55,689 nucleotides of DNA from an uncultured Prevotella sp. (GCA_937892695.1 CALBJK010000071.1:1-55689); one strand, 5' to 3'. Counted from the first letter of the stretch, positions 20,136 through 30,546 are shown. The notes: generated by a model from the letters alone, not told the origin. A program made the numbers and translations.

Positions 20136-22361
20136 ATGAAATACAAGAACATTCAATATAAATGGATTTCCATCGTTGTTTGCGCATTGTGTGGAATGCT
20201 GCTTTCATGTTCAGAAGATGTTATACCAACATCTGACGAATATGAAAGAGGACTGAACATTATTCCCAAAATTTCCGGAGTAAGGGCAGAAAGTACAGTT
20301 CCGGCTGACGCAAGCCTAAACGAAGACGCACTCAAGTCGATGGATGTATTCATTGCGGATGCATCAGGAGATGTATTAAAACACTACGCTCCACAGAATC
20401 CGACAAACGGGGAATATGCACAACTGGAGAAATCGCTCGACGACTATAATCCCGGAACGACTTACACCGTATATGTCGTGGCCAACGCCAATACCGAAGA
20501 GCGTCGTGCCATAAGCCAGGCAGTGACATTGATGGAAGTACAGAACACCATAAGGGACGAAGCTGACATATACAAGCCATACGGCAACAGTACTGACGGC
20601 AAACATGTGGCAGACAAGACTTTTCTTATGGAAGGCACCTGCTCATGGACATATAAAGGTGAACGTGACGTGAAGCTGGACGTGTCTCTCGAACGTGCAG
20701 CAGCAAAGATTGTCCTCGACTACAAGCTGAATGAAGAGATGGGCAAAAGCTACACGATTGGGACACCACACATTGTGCTGCAGCGTTATGCCGGTAAGAC
20801 CCTACTGGGCAAAGACGGCAATGTAGAAATTGCAAATGCTGTCAAGCAACAGTCGGAAGATTTGGCCATAGCAGGGAATACCGTCACCACCTATTCATAT
20901 TCAAGAACATGGGAAACGGAAAGTGATGCAGCAAGCTTTCTGATGACGCTTCCTTTGACAGATAAAGCCACCGGAAAAACAAACAACTACACTTACCTCA
21001 TACCTGTACGGGACTTGTCGTCTACAGCCAACTTCAAGATGGAGCGTAACTACATCTATCGCGTGCACGCTACTATCTCAACATTGGGAAGCACCGGAGA
21101 AACAGTGATACCTAACAGCGTAAAGCTTTCATACGAAGTGCTGCCGTGGCTGACAGAAGACGTAAATGTGAATGTGAACGGCGTGAAGTATTTGCAGGTG
21201 ACACCGACAGATGTCATAATAAAGAATACCGAAACAGCAACCGTGAAATTCTACTCTTCCAGCCCTATAACAAGCGTAAGACTTGCCGACTATACTGGAG
21301 ACAACGGCGAAACAGGAAACGGCCCTTATTATTACAACGCTTTCGGTTATCGCATAAACATGAACGGACTGTCACCTGTAGATTTTAAATGGGATACAAA
21401 ATTGAAGAGTGGAGAAATAGCCATCAACTCTGAGCTGCTGACGAAAATAACGCAGAAGAAGCCGGATGAAATACACGCCGTAAAGTTCTTCCAGTTCATT
21501 GTCACCAATGCTGACGGACTGACACAACGCATACGTGTAAAGCAGTATCCTCGCGAATTCATCACATTCCAGAAGATGCTCTACTCTACAAGAACAGACG
21601 TTGACAAAAACGGGAAACGAATCTACTACGACTGGTATCTGGACGGAGCCGGACAGCCTCTTGCCGGTATGCCGAACCGCAAAAGCTACGATTCACCTAA
21701 TGGAAATAATAAAGAATACTTGTGGCACTGCTGGATCTACAGCCCCAATGAGGATGCCGACATACTTGGCTATAAACTGAAGAAAGAAAGCAATCCACCA
21801 ATGCTGGAAACATTTGTTGAAACGCACCACTCAAATTCTAGAGCGTACGTCATACAGATAATGCAGGCCGACCCCGACAAAGGATACCACATCGGAAGAA
21901 TAGACGGTACCAACTTAGTATCGGACAACGACAACAATCTAGTGTCGCCAGCATTCATGATAAACTCTCATTTAGGACAGTCGGGAAAATACGTGTCCAA
22001 GCGCATAGATTTAAGAAATTCAAAGTACGCAAAGTATAAGAACGCATTCCTTAATCATGCCAAGCACTATAAGGAAGTGCCTGAAAATGCGGAACACAAG
22101 TCGGAAGGTGTAGAAAATTGGCGTCTACCGACTGAGGCAGAACTGCAACTGATAGAACGGTTCCAGGCCAATTCTACGTCAGAAAAAGACGACCCCAATG
22201 ACAAGAGCGTAATGAATAAAGTCTTGTCAGGAAGAAACTATTGGACAGCAAATGGAACTTACCGTAAAGTGACAAGTTCAACCATAAACGGTCCCTGGTT
22301 ACGTCTGGTTCACGACCTGACTCAGAAAGAAATTGATGAATTAAATGCAAATATGGAGTGA
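20136..22361 (+). CDS. Accessory/tip type V pilin lipoprotein 2 with C-terminal C-type-lectin-like region
   Basis: Lipobox LLSC; VYVVAN, FLMEG, LERAAAKI, ERNYIYRV..VLPW; C-terminal WRLPTEAEL..YWTA..RLVHD. Confidence 0.8.
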   Translation: MKYKNIQYKWISIVVCALCGMLLSCSEDVIPTSDEYERGLNIIPKISGVRAESTVPADASLNEDALKSMDVFIADASGDVLKHYAPQNPTNGEYAQLEKSLDDYNPGTTYTVYVVANANTEERRAISQAVTLMEVQNTIRDEADIYKPYGNSTDGKHVADKTFLMEGTCSWTYKGERDVKLDVSLERAAAKIVLDYKLNEEMGKSYTIGTPHIVLQRYAGKTLLGKDGNVEIANAVKQQSEDLAIAGNTVTTYSYSRTWETESDAASFLMTLPLTDKATGKTNNYTYLIPVRDLSSTANFKMERNYIYRVHATISTLGSTGETVIPNSVKLSYEVLPWLTEDVNVNVNGVKYLQVTPTDVIIKNTETATVKFYSSSPITSVRLADYTGDNGETGNGPYYYNAFGYRINMNGLSPVDFKWDTKLKSGEIAINSELLTKITQKKPDEIHAVKFFQFIVTNADGLTQRIRVKQYPREFITFQKMLYSTRTDVDKNGKRIYYDWYLDGAGQPLAGMPNRKSYDSPNGNNKEYLWHCWIYSPNEDADILGYKLKKESNPPMLETFVETHHSNSRAYVIQIMQADPDKGYHIGRIDGTNLVSDNDNNLVSPAFMINSHLGQSGKYVSKRIDLRNSKYAKYKNAFLNHAKHYKEVPENAEHKSEGVENWRLPTEAELQLIERFQANSTSEKDDPNDKSVMNKVLSGRNYWTANGTYRKVTSSTINGPWLRLVHDLTQKEIDELNANME

Positions 22362-22366
22362 CGACT

Positions 22367-24046
22367 ATGAGACGAAATAATATTTTCATTTGGATTGCAA
22401 CTCTGCTGTCAATTTTCGTTGTGTCATGCTCAGATTCAGATATGACATCCTCGCAGGAAGCTGAAAACGGAATGATGCACGTAAACCTGCAAATCACGTT
22501 GCCGCAATTTGTTAATGCGACAAGGGCTGCAGGAAACGCACAAAATGACATTCAAATGCTTTGCTTCGACAAGAACGGGTTGTTTATCGGAACGGGAAAG
22601 GAAATGAAGGTTACTTCCAAAGATGATACACATGGAAATCTGACCGGTGAGGTTCCAGGCAACACAAGCCGCATACATTTCTTGGCAAACGGAAGTGAAC
22701 TGATTCCTCAAAATACTGATTCATGGATTGGATTGAACGAAAACTTCCTAATTGGTAATCTTACAACAAAGGCCAATGAAGGAACACCACAAATGGTATA
22801 TTGGGGATATGAGAAAAGAAGCAATGCCGAAGAAATGAAATCGTTCCTTTCGGATGGCACAATATACCTTGTCCGCAATTGCGCAAGAATAACAATTGGA
22901 GTAGTAAATCCAGACTACGAAGTAACAGGAATGGTTGTATGCAATGTCTTGGAATACGGAACTATAGCACCGTTCAAATATGGCAACGAAAATCCGTTCC
23001 ATTACTATGAAGGAGAAAAAGTTGACATATCTCAAGCTACAATGCCAGTGAACCAGACAAAGATGTCAAATCCTTCTGACGTAACATTGGGGCAAAAAGA
23101 AGTTCTCATCTATGAAAACGAGAACAAGATAACAGACCCTGTCCGCGTTGTTCTGAAAATAAAGCACGACAACAAAGAAGAGTATTTTCTTGTCTACCTC
23201 ATGGATGACAAGAAAAATCAATACACTGTCATACGCAATCACGAGTATCGTATAAACATACGCAATATTGAAGGAATGAGCGGGTATTCGTCGTTTGCGG
23301 AAGCTTTAAAGGGTCGTCCTGTCAATAACGAGTATGTACAGGTTGACGATCTTGTTTCAAGCATCAACGGAATGGGAGAGATACTGACGATAAAAGAGAA
23401 AAACTACCAGATATTCTCTAATCCTGAAGGGACTCCCAATACCGTAAAGATAGAATTTACCCTTACGGATCTGAATGGTAAACCTAAGGAAGGAAATTTT
23501 GAAATCAAATGGATTTCAAATGAAGGAATATCCAATGACAAAGTTCCGACCATACAATACAATCCATCGACAGGGGAAGGGTCGCTTAGTCTCAACTTAA
23601 AATATTCAGACGACCTTACAAAAGGAGTAATGGAATTGAAAGAGACCAATGAAAATATAGCAATACTCTTGCATGTGTATACAATAACATCGTTGAACTT
23701 CAATGCTAGTCTTACGAAGTTGCCCACTATGGCTGAAAAAGGAAAAGAACTGTATCAGTTAGAGTTCACTATACCGGATAAATTTCCAAGCCAGCTACTT
23801 CCGTTAGAATGTAAATTTGCCGTAGGCAATTTAGAGTCATATACTCAAAACCAACAGGAGCATATCGACATTAGCTCGGAAAGTACAGAAGAACTGCCCG
23901 ATGAGGAAGCAAAGAAATGGGGGTATTGGTACAGTCTGAAAGCAACGTCAGGCTCTCATACTATCAAGCTTATAAGAACTCGTCCAGGAAACGGCAAGCT
24001 GTATCTTAAAGCAAGCCATTTCAATACATTCGTTGGAGAATATTAA
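22367..24046 (+). CDS. Accessory type V pilin-like lipoprotein 3
   Basis: Lipobox VVSC; NATR|AAG site; RIHFLAN, LVRNCARITI, IRNHEYRINI. The ATG at 22367 is preferred over the GTG at 22358. Confidence 0.75.
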   Translation: MRRNNIFIWIATLLSIFVVSCSDSDMTSSQEAENGMMHVNLQITLPQFVNATRAAGNAQNDIQMLCFDKNGLFIGTGKEMKVTSKDDTHGNLTGEVPGNTSRIHFLANGSELIPQNTDSWIGLNENFLIGNLTTKANEGTPQMVYWGYEKRSNAEEMKSFLSDGTIYLVRNCARITIGVVNPDYEVTGMVVCNVLEYGTIAPFKYGNENPFHYYEGEKVDISQATMPVNQTKMSNPSDVTLGQKEVLIYENENKITDPVRVVLKIKHDNKEEYFLVYLMDDKKNQYTVIRNHEYRINIRNIEGMSGYSSFAEALKGRPVNNEYVQVDDLVSSINGMGEILTIKEKNYQIFSNPEGTPNTVKIEFTLTDLNGKPKEGNFEIKWISNEGISNDKVPTIQYNPSTGEGSLSLNLKYSDDLTKGVMELKETNENIAILLHVYTITSLNFNASLTKLPTMAEKGKELYQLEFTIPDKFPSQLLPLECKFAVGNLESYTQNQQEHIDISSESTEELPDEEAKKWGYWYSLKATSGSHTIKLIRTRPGNGKLYLKASHFNTFVGEY

Positions 24047-24054
24047 TTGAGAAT

Positions 24055-24091
24055 AAGAGTTTTATGCTGATTGAAAGCATAGAACTCTTTT
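24055..24091 (+). terminator. Intrinsic terminator of the pilus operon
   Basis: AAGAGTTTTATGCT / AGCATAGAACTCTT stem followed by Ts, just after the last pilin stop. Confidence 0.75.
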
Positions 24092-24366
24092 CTTATACCA
24101 GCAATTAACCTTTATCCTATTATTTTCAAACACAGGCCATTACACAGACCTGTTTCCGTTGTCTGAATCGTTTCTGCACACAGCTCTTTCATAAGCCAAA
24201 ATCGCCTTTATCCGGTTCCTTTTAGAATATCAGTGTCCGTTAATAAACACAATACTGCTGAAAGTATAGAACGCACATTCTTGATAAACAAATGAATGAA
24301 AAAGTTCCCTTTTTAAAAGATTTACACCCATTCTATTATTTGAAAATTTATTATTTTTGCACGAAA

Positions 24367-25063
24367 ATGATAAGAGGAAAAAGCATAATCTCGAATATTG
24401 CCCTTGCATTCATCTTTGCAAGCTTCATCACTAACATTGCGGCTCAGTACCGTGCTGAAGTTTGGACTGCCGACATGGGAAACGAATTATACCGTAATCC
24501 CATAATCAACGCCGGTTATTCCGACCCCGATGTCAGTACCGTTGGTGACGACTATTACATGACAGCTTATAGTTTCCAGTGTGTGCCGGGTCTGAATATG
24601 CTGCATTCTAAGGATCTTGTCAATTGGTCGATTATCAGTTATGCATCTGCAACCTCAAACCTGCGGAATTCTTTGCCAGTCCTCAGCATCGACGTGGCAT
24701 TTGGGCATCGTGCATACGCCATCATGAAGGAAAATTCTACATTTATTGGGGCGACCCTGATTTGGGAATATACATGGTCTGTGTTGACAAAGGCAATAAA
24801 GAAAAAGTGATAGCAGAGCTTCGTCCGAGCTGAATGTTCGATGCAGGTTCTACCGACGAATACGAACAATATATATTCGAACCAAAGTCGGAACCTACAC
24901 GTTAGCTTACAGTACTGACGGTAAACAGTTCTACGATGCCGGACACGAGTTCAAAGTCCGTCAAGGAATATGGATAGGTGCTAAGATAGGACTGTTCAGC
25001 ATTACTCCTGACTGCAAGAATAGAGGATGGGTTGATGCTGATTAGTTCAGAATAACAAAATGA
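24367..25063 (+). pseudogene. Decayed GH43 glycoside hydrolase (frameshift, large internal deletion, nonsense codon)
   Basis: First frame YRNPIINAGYSDPDV..YYMTAYSF..PGL..LHSKDLVNW; shifts to QHRRGIWASCIRHHEGKFYIYWGDPD; then the C-terminal piece YSTDGKQF..GIWIGAKIGLF..GWVDAD*FRITK* with TAG at 25043. Confidence 0.85.
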
Positions 25064-25119
25064 AATTCTGAATAACATATAAAAGAACAAACGTAATATT
25101 TTAAATTTAAAATAACAAC

Positions 25120-25914
25120 ATGGTAAACTTTTCATTGGAAGGCAAAGTGGCACTCGTAACAGGAGCCGCTTACGGTATCGGATTTGCAATTGCAGAAGCA
25201 TACGCTGAGGCAGGTGCTAAGATAGCATTCAACTGCCGCAGCCAGAAACACATGGCTCAGGCTATGACAGACTACAAAGCTAAAGGCATCGAGGCAAAGG
25301 GTTACATCTGCGATGTCACAAAAGAAGACGAAGTGAAGGCGATGGTAGCCGACATCGAGAAAACTCTCGGCACTATCGACATCCTTGTCAACAATGCCGG
25401 AATAATCAAGCGAATACCAATGACCGACATGACTGTTGACGAGTTCAAGCAGGTTGTGGACATCGACCTCACCGCTCCTTTCATCGTATCGAAGGCAGTC
25501 ATTCCAGGAATGATAAAGAATGGCCACGGCAAGATTATCAACATCTGCTCGATGATGAGCGAGCTTGGTCGAGAAACCGTGTCGGCTTACGCTGCAGCCA
25601 AGGGCGGCCTGAAGATGCTCACGCGCAACATCGCATCCGAATACGGAGAATACAACATACAGTGCAACGGCATCGGCCCGGGCTACATAGCCACTCCGCA
25701 AACCGCTCCTTTGCGCGAACGCCAGGCCGACGGCTCACGCCATCCGTTCGACGCTTTCATCATCGCCAAGACACCGGCCGCCCGTTGGGGCACGCCCGAG
25801 GATCTGCAAGGCCCTGCTGTGTTCCTCGCCTCTGATGCTTCCGACTTTGTCAACGGCCATATCCTCTACGTTGACGGAGGCATTCTGGCCTACATCGGCA
25901 AACAACCTAAGTAA
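25120..25914 (+). CDS. kduD: 2-dehydro-3-deoxy-D-gluconate 5-dehydrogenase / gluconate 5-dehydrogenase (SDR family)
   Basis: TGAAYGIG, NNAG, YAAAK; operon context with kduI, kdgK and eda. Confidence 0.85.
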   Translation: MVNFSLEGKVALVTGAAYGIGFAIAEAYAEAGAKIAFNCRSQKHMAQAMTDYKAKGIEAKGYICDVTKEDEVKAMVADIEKTLGTIDILVNNAGIIKRIPMTDMTVDEFKQVVDIDLTAPFIVSKAVIPGMIKNGHGKIINICSMMSELGRETVSAYAAAKGGLKMLTRNIASEYGEYNIQCNGIGPGYIATPQTAPLRERQADGSRHPFDAFIIAKTPAARWGTPEDLQGPAVFLASDASDFVNGHILYVDGGILAYIGKQPK

Positions 25915-25928
25915 AGCAAAGCTCTGGA

Positions 25929-27170
25929 ATGAGAAACACTTGTTTTTACATCGTCATCCTGACAGGCGCAGCAGCCTTGTCGGGATGCTCTTCGACAACC
26001 CTTTGCCAGCTGTCGGTGAGCAACAGCCTCAACGAGCCGCGAACTGAGGAGATGGCCGAAGTGCCGCTTGTCAACCTCGGCATAAGCCGTGGCAGCGATT
26101 TCGTCGTATCTGAAAAAGGCGGACGAGAAGTCCCTTACCAGACAACATACGACAACAAGCTCATTTTTCCTGTTACCGTACCGGCAAACGGAAAAGCCGA
26201 ATACAAAATAAAGAAAGGACGCGCTGCAAAAGTTGCCGTAACGACGACAGGCCGCCGCTATCCCGAACGGCTTGATGATATGGCTTGGGAGAACGACAAA
26301 GCGGCTTACCGCGCTTACGGTCCGGCACTTCAAGCCAAAGGCGAAAAAGGTTTTGGCTACGACTTGATGAACAAGCGTGTGGCCTACCCCGTGCTTGAAT
26401 TGAGATACGCAAAAGACCTCGACCCCGTGGCAAGAAAACGCGTTGCCGACCTGCGCAAAGAAGGCCGCAAGGCCGAAGCCGACAGTCTGGCCGCAGCGAT
26501 GTCGTACCATTTCGACCATGGCAACGGCATGGACTGTTACAGCGTCGGCCCTACATTGGGCGGCGGAACATCGGCTTTGCTCAACGGCAAGGACATTGTT
26601 TATCCTTATTGTTACGACCAGTCGCAAGTGCTCGACAACGGTCCCCTGCGCTTCACTGTAAAGCTTGTTTTCAAGCCTGAGAAAGTAGGTATCGACAGTA
26701 ACGTTGTCGAAACACGTATCATATCTCTCGACAAAGGGTCTTATCTCAATAAAGCTGTAGTAAGTTACTCTGGTCTGAGCAAAAAGTGCCCTGTCGTGGC
26801 CGGCATAGTGCTGCATCCACAAAACAAGGATGGCTACCATGCCGACAGCAAGAATCGTTTCATCGCCTACGCCGACTCGACAGACAACACCCGCAACGGC
26901 AACGGCGTGATATATGTCGGAGCAGCTTTCCCGTACAACGACGTTGAAACATACGTCGAATGGTTCGGAGCGGACGAGCAAAAACTGCGTCCCGGGGCTT
27001 TGGGGCACATTTTAGGGCGTTGCGACTATGTGCCTGGTCAACCTTTTACATATTATTGGGGGTGCGGATGGAGTAAGAACGGCGTTTCCGACTACGACGC
27101 ATGGAACAGCTATATGGCTTCGTTCGTGCGCAAGGCCGAGTCGCCATTGAAAATAACCGTTAAACACTGA
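25929..27170 (+). CDS. DUF4861 family lipoprotein
   Basis: Lipobox LSGC; YPERLDDMAWEND..YRAYGPAL, YHFDHGNGMDCYSVGPTLGGG, YYWGCGWSK. Confidence 0.8.
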   Translation: MRNTCFYIVILTGAAALSGCSSTTLCQLSVSNSLNEPRTEEMAEVPLVNLGISRGSDFVVSEKGGREVPYQTTYDNKLIFPVTVPANGKAEYKIKKGRAAKVAVTTTGRRYPERLDDMAWENDKAAYRAYGPALQAKGEKGFGYDLMNKRVAYPVLELRYAKDLDPVARKRVADLRKEGRKAEADSLAAAMSYHFDHGNGMDCYSVGPTLGGGTSALLNGKDIVYPYCYDQSQVLDNGPLRFTVKLVFKPEKVGIDSNVVETRIISLDKGSYLNKAVVSYSGLSKKCPVVAGIVLHPQNKDGYHADSKNRFIAYADSTDNTRNGNGVIYVGAAFPYNDVETYVEWFGADEQKLRPGALGHILGRCDYVPGQPFTYYWGCGWSKNGVSDYDAWNSYMASFVRKAESPLKITVKH

Positions 27171-27178
27171 ATCAGAAA

Positions 27179-28570
27179 ATGCAACAAATATTCGAATACA
27201 TTATCGGGCTGGGGGCACCCGTGATGATGCCAATAATCTTTACGATTATCGGCGTTTGCGTCGGCGTGAAGTTCGGCAAAGCTCTCAAGAGCGGCCTTCT
27301 CGTTGGCGTAGGTTTCATCGGCCTTTCCGTGATAACGGCTCTACTTACAGACAGCATGGGCGAACCTCTGAAAAAAGTGACCGAAATCTTTGGGCTGAAC
27401 CTGAAAATCTTCGACATGGGATGGCCAGCAGCAGCGTCCGTAGCATACAACACGCTTGTCGGTTCGTTCATCATCCCCATATGCCTTGGTGTGAACATCC
27501 TGATGCTTCTCACAAAGACGACCAAGACCGTCAACATCGACCTTTGGAACTATTGGCATTATGCGTTTATTGGTGCTGTGGTGTTCTTCGCCACCGACAA
27601 TATTTGGTGGGGCTTCTTTGCAGCAATCATTTGCTACATCATAACACTTGTCATGGCCGACCTCACTGCAAAGAAATTCCAGAAGTTCTACGACGGCATG
27701 GACGGAATATCCATTCCGCAGCCGTTCTGCCAAGGTTTCGTGCCTTTCGCAGCCGTCATTAGCAAGGGACTCGACATGATACCGGGTTTCAATAAGCTGT
27801 ACATTAACGCGGAAGGCATGAAAAAGAAATTCGGCATAATGGGCGAGCCGCTGTTCCTTGGTGTAATAGTCGGATGCGGCATTGGAACGTTGGCCTGTAA
27901 AGACAGCAATGAGCTGGTTGACGGAATTCCAGGAATTCTGGGACTCGGAATAAAGATGGGAGCCGTGATGGAGCTTATCCCACGCATAACATCGCTTTTC
28001 ATCGAGGGCTTGCGTCCTATATCCGATGCGACAAAAAGTCTTATCGACCGCAAATTTAAGAACTCTTCCGGCCTGAACATCGGCATGAGTCCGGCCTTGG
28101 TCATCGGCCACCCCACAACCTTGGTGGTGTCGCTGTTGCTCATTCCTGTCACGCTTTTCTTGTCGGTGATTCTCCCCGGCAACGAGTTTCTGCCTTTGGC
28201 TTCGCTCGCCGGAATGTTCTATCTCTTCCCAGTTGTGCTTCCCATCACAAAGGGCGACGTGCTGAAAACGTTCATCGTTGGATTGGTTGCAATCATAGTC
28301 GGCCTTTATTTCGTTACCGACCTTGCTCCATTCTTCACGCAAGCAGCCCAAGACGTGTTCGCAAAGACTGGCGACACAGCCGTGAAGATACCTGAAGAAT
28401 TCTCCAGAGGCGGTGCACTCGACTTCGCTTCGAGCATCTTCTCGTGGGTTATCTTCCACCTTACCTACAACTTCAAGATAGTTGGTCCGGCAATCCTTGT
28501 GGTAGCAACTTTGGCTCTTGCGATATACAACCGCATCCGCATCATAAAAGAAACAAATACATCTAAATAA
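27179..28570 (+). CDS. GatC-like (PTS galactitol IIC family) membrane permease without IIA/IIB partners
   Basis: [72 protein letters not shown]. Confidence 0.88.
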   Translation: MQQIFEYIIGLGAPVMMPIIFTIIGVCVGVKFGKALKSGLLVGVGFIGLSVITALLTDSMGEPLKKVTEIFGLNLKIFDMGWPAAASVAYNTLVGSFIIPICLGVNILMLLTKTTKTVNIDLWNYWHYAFIGAVVFFATDNIWWGFFAAIICYIITLVMADLTAKKFQKFYDGMDGISIPQPFCQGFVPFAAVISKGLDMIPGFNKLYINAEGMKKKFGIMGEPLFLGVIVGCGIGTLACKDSNELVDGIPGILGLGIKMGAVMELIPRITSLFIEGLRPISDATKSLIDRKFKNSSGLNIGMSPALVIGHPTTLVVSLLLIPVTLFLSVILPGNEFLPLASLAGMFYLFPVVLPITKGDVLKTFIVGLVAIIVGLYFVTDLAPFFTQAAQDVFAKTGDTAVKIPEEFSRGGALDFASSIFSWVIFHLTYNFKIVGPAILVVATLALAIYNRIRIIKETNTSK

Positions 28571-28578
28571 CAAATGAA

Positions 28579-29499
28579 ATGAAAAAGACAGCATTGACAG
28601 TACTTCTGGCATTGGGCATGATGGCTTCATTTGCCCAGACCACAGTGAAAGTTCAAACGGCCTGCAATCCGCTCGACGTAAAAGGTTATGACACAGACCG
28701 TCTGCGCAGCAGTTTCGTAATGGAAAAAGTGATGGTCGCAGACGAGATAAACCTCACATATTCCATGTACGACCGCTTCATATACGGCGGCGTGGTGCCT
28801 GCCACTAAAGAGCTATCGCTCGACCCGATACCACAGCTCAAAGCTCCTTACTTCCTTTTCAACCGCGAACTCGGAGTTATCAATGTCGGCGGAGCTGGCA
28901 TTGTCACGGTTGATGGAAAATCTTACGAGCTTAACTTCAAAGAAGCTCTATATGTAGGACGCGGCAACAAGAAGGTGACATTCAAGAGCAAAGACGCTGC
29001 TAACCCGGCAAAGTTCTACATCAATTCGGCCACAGCTCACAAGGCTTATAAGACACAACTCATCACCATCGACGGCCGTAAGGGGTCGCTCAAGGCTAAC
29101 CGCATAAAAGCAGGAAAGATGGAAGAGAGCAACGACCGCGTAATCAACCAGCTCATTGTCAACAATGTGCTCGAAGAAGGGCCATGCCAGTTGCAGATGG
29201 GACTGACAGAGCTGAAACCGGGAAGCGTCTGGAACACAATGCCGCAGCATACCCACGCTCGCCGCATCGAGGCTTACTTCTACTTCAACGTGCCTGATGG
29301 AAACCGCATTTGCCACATCATGGGCGAACCAAAGGAAGAGCGTCTGATATGGCTGAGCAACGAACAGGCTGTCATGTCTCCTGAGTGGAGCGTACATTCA
29401 GCAGCAGGAACCAGCAACTATATGTTCATTTGGGGCATGGCTGGCGAAAACCTCGACTATGGCGACATGGATAAGATTCCTTACTTGGAAATGCGATAA
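28579..29499 (+). CDS. kduI: 5-dehydro-4-deoxy-D-glucuronate isomerase with N-terminal signal peptide
   Basis: [81 protein letters not shown]-terminal [20 protein letters not shown]. Confidence 0.93.
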   Translation: MKKTALTVLLALGMMASFAQTTVKVQTACNPLDVKGYDTDRLRSSFVMEKVMVADEINLTYSMYDRFIYGGVVPATKELSLDPIPQLKAPYFLFNRELGVINVGGAGIVTVDGKSYELNFKEALYVGRGNKKVTFKSKDAANPAKFYINSATAHKAYKTQLITIDGRKGSLKANRIKAGKMEESNDRVINQLIVNNVLEEGPCQLQMGLTELKPGSVWNTMPQHTHARRIEAYFYFNVPDGNRICHIMGEPKEERLIWLSNEQAVMSPEWSVHSAAGTSNYMFIWGMAGENLDYGDMDKIPYLEMR

Positions 29500-29523
29500 A
29501 GTGTAATTATTAGAGGAAAAGCA

Positions 29524-30546
29524 ATGAGCAAAATAGTAACATTAGGCGAAATAATGCTTCGCCTTTCTACACCGGGCAACCAACGTTTCGTCCAGTCTGA
29601 CTCTTTCGACGTGTGTTACGGCGGAGGCGAAGCCAACGTAGCTGTCAGCCTTGCCAACTACGGGCATGAAGCCTATTTCGTAACCAAACTGCCCGAACAC
29701 GAAATAGGACAATCGGCAGTCAACGCCCTGCGCCGTTACGGTGTGCATACTGATTTCATTTCGCGCGGCGGCAAACGTGTTGGCATCTACTTTCTGGAAA
29801 CAGGCGCGTCGGTGCGTCCTAGCAAAGTGATTTACGACCGTGCCGGTTCGTCTATAGCAGAAGCAGAGCCTTCCGACTTCGACTTCGACAAGATAATGGA
29901 AGGAGCGCAGTGGTTCCATTGGTCTGGAATCACCCCGGCAATCTCAGACAAGGCTGCCAAGCTCACTCTCTTGGCTTGTGAGACTGCCAAACGCCACGGC
30001 GTTACGGTGTCGGTAGATCTGAACTTCCGCAAGAAACTCTGGACAAAGGAAAAGGCGCAAAGCGTCATGCGTCCGCTCATGCAGTTTGTTGACGTTTGCA
30101 TAGGAAACGAAGAGGATGCAGAGGCTTGCCTTGGTTTCAAGCCCGATGCCGATGTTCTGGCAGGCGAGACCGATGCCGACGGCTACAAAGGCATATTCAA
30201 GGCCATGGCCGAAACGTTTGGTTTTAAGTATGTTGTTTCAACTTTGCGCGAGTCGCTCTCGGCTTCGCACAACGGATGGAAAGCCATGATTTACGACGGA
30301 AAAGAATTCTACAAGTCGCGCCACTACGACCTCTTCCCCATTGTTGACCGCGTCGGCGGAGGCGATTCGTTTGCAGGAGGCCTGATTCACGGCTTACTCA
30401 CAAAGTCCGCACAAGGCGAAGCCCTCGAGTTTGCTGTAGCAGCCTCGGCTCTGAAACACACCATCAACGGCGACTTCAACATGGTATCGGCAGCCGAAGT
30501 TGAAAATCTTGCAGACGGTGATGCAAGTGGCCGTGTGCAAAGATAA
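29524..30546 (+). CDS. kdgK: 2-keto-3-deoxygluconate kinase (PfkB family)
   Basis: GEIMLRL, YGGGEANVAVSLA, DLNFRKKLW, DRVGGGDSFAGG; operon context. Confidence 0.92.
   Translation: MSKIVTLGEIMLRLSTPGNQRFVQSDSFDVCYGGGEANVAVSLANYGHEAYFVTKLPEHEIGQSAVNALRRYGVHTDFISRGGKRVGIYFLETGASVRPSKVIYDRAGSSIAEAEPSDFDFDKIMEGAQWFHWSGITPAISDKAAKLTLLACETAKRHGVTVSVDLNFRKKLWTKEKAQSVMRPLMQFVDVCIGNEEDAEACLGFKPDADVLAGETDADGYKGIFKAMAETFGFKYVVSTLRESLSASHNGWKAMIYDGKEFYKSRHYDLFPIVDRVGGGDSFAGGLIHGLLTKSAQGEALEFAVAASALKHTINGDFNMVSAAEVENLADGDASGRVQR

Noticed and set aside
20136..22361. Diversity-generating retroelement targeting the lectin-like pilin
   Set aside because: No reverse transcriptase and no template-repeat copy seen in the window.
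24229..24248. IS4-like terminal remnants (CAGTGTCCGTTAA here, TATTGTCCGCAAAA near 33817, CTAAAACTGTAACTTAG near 54510)
   Set aside because: Too short, with no partner end or transposase; the resemblance is from memory only.
24292..24810. 172-aa ORF as an intact gene
   Set aside because: It is the first fragment of the GH43 pseudogene running out of frame, and its listed start lies upstream of the -7 box.
25890..28630. Long antisense ORFs (372 aa and 429 aa) opposite DUF4861 and the GatC-like gene
   Set aside because: Shadow frames of well-supported genes, explained by codon bias; no motifs.
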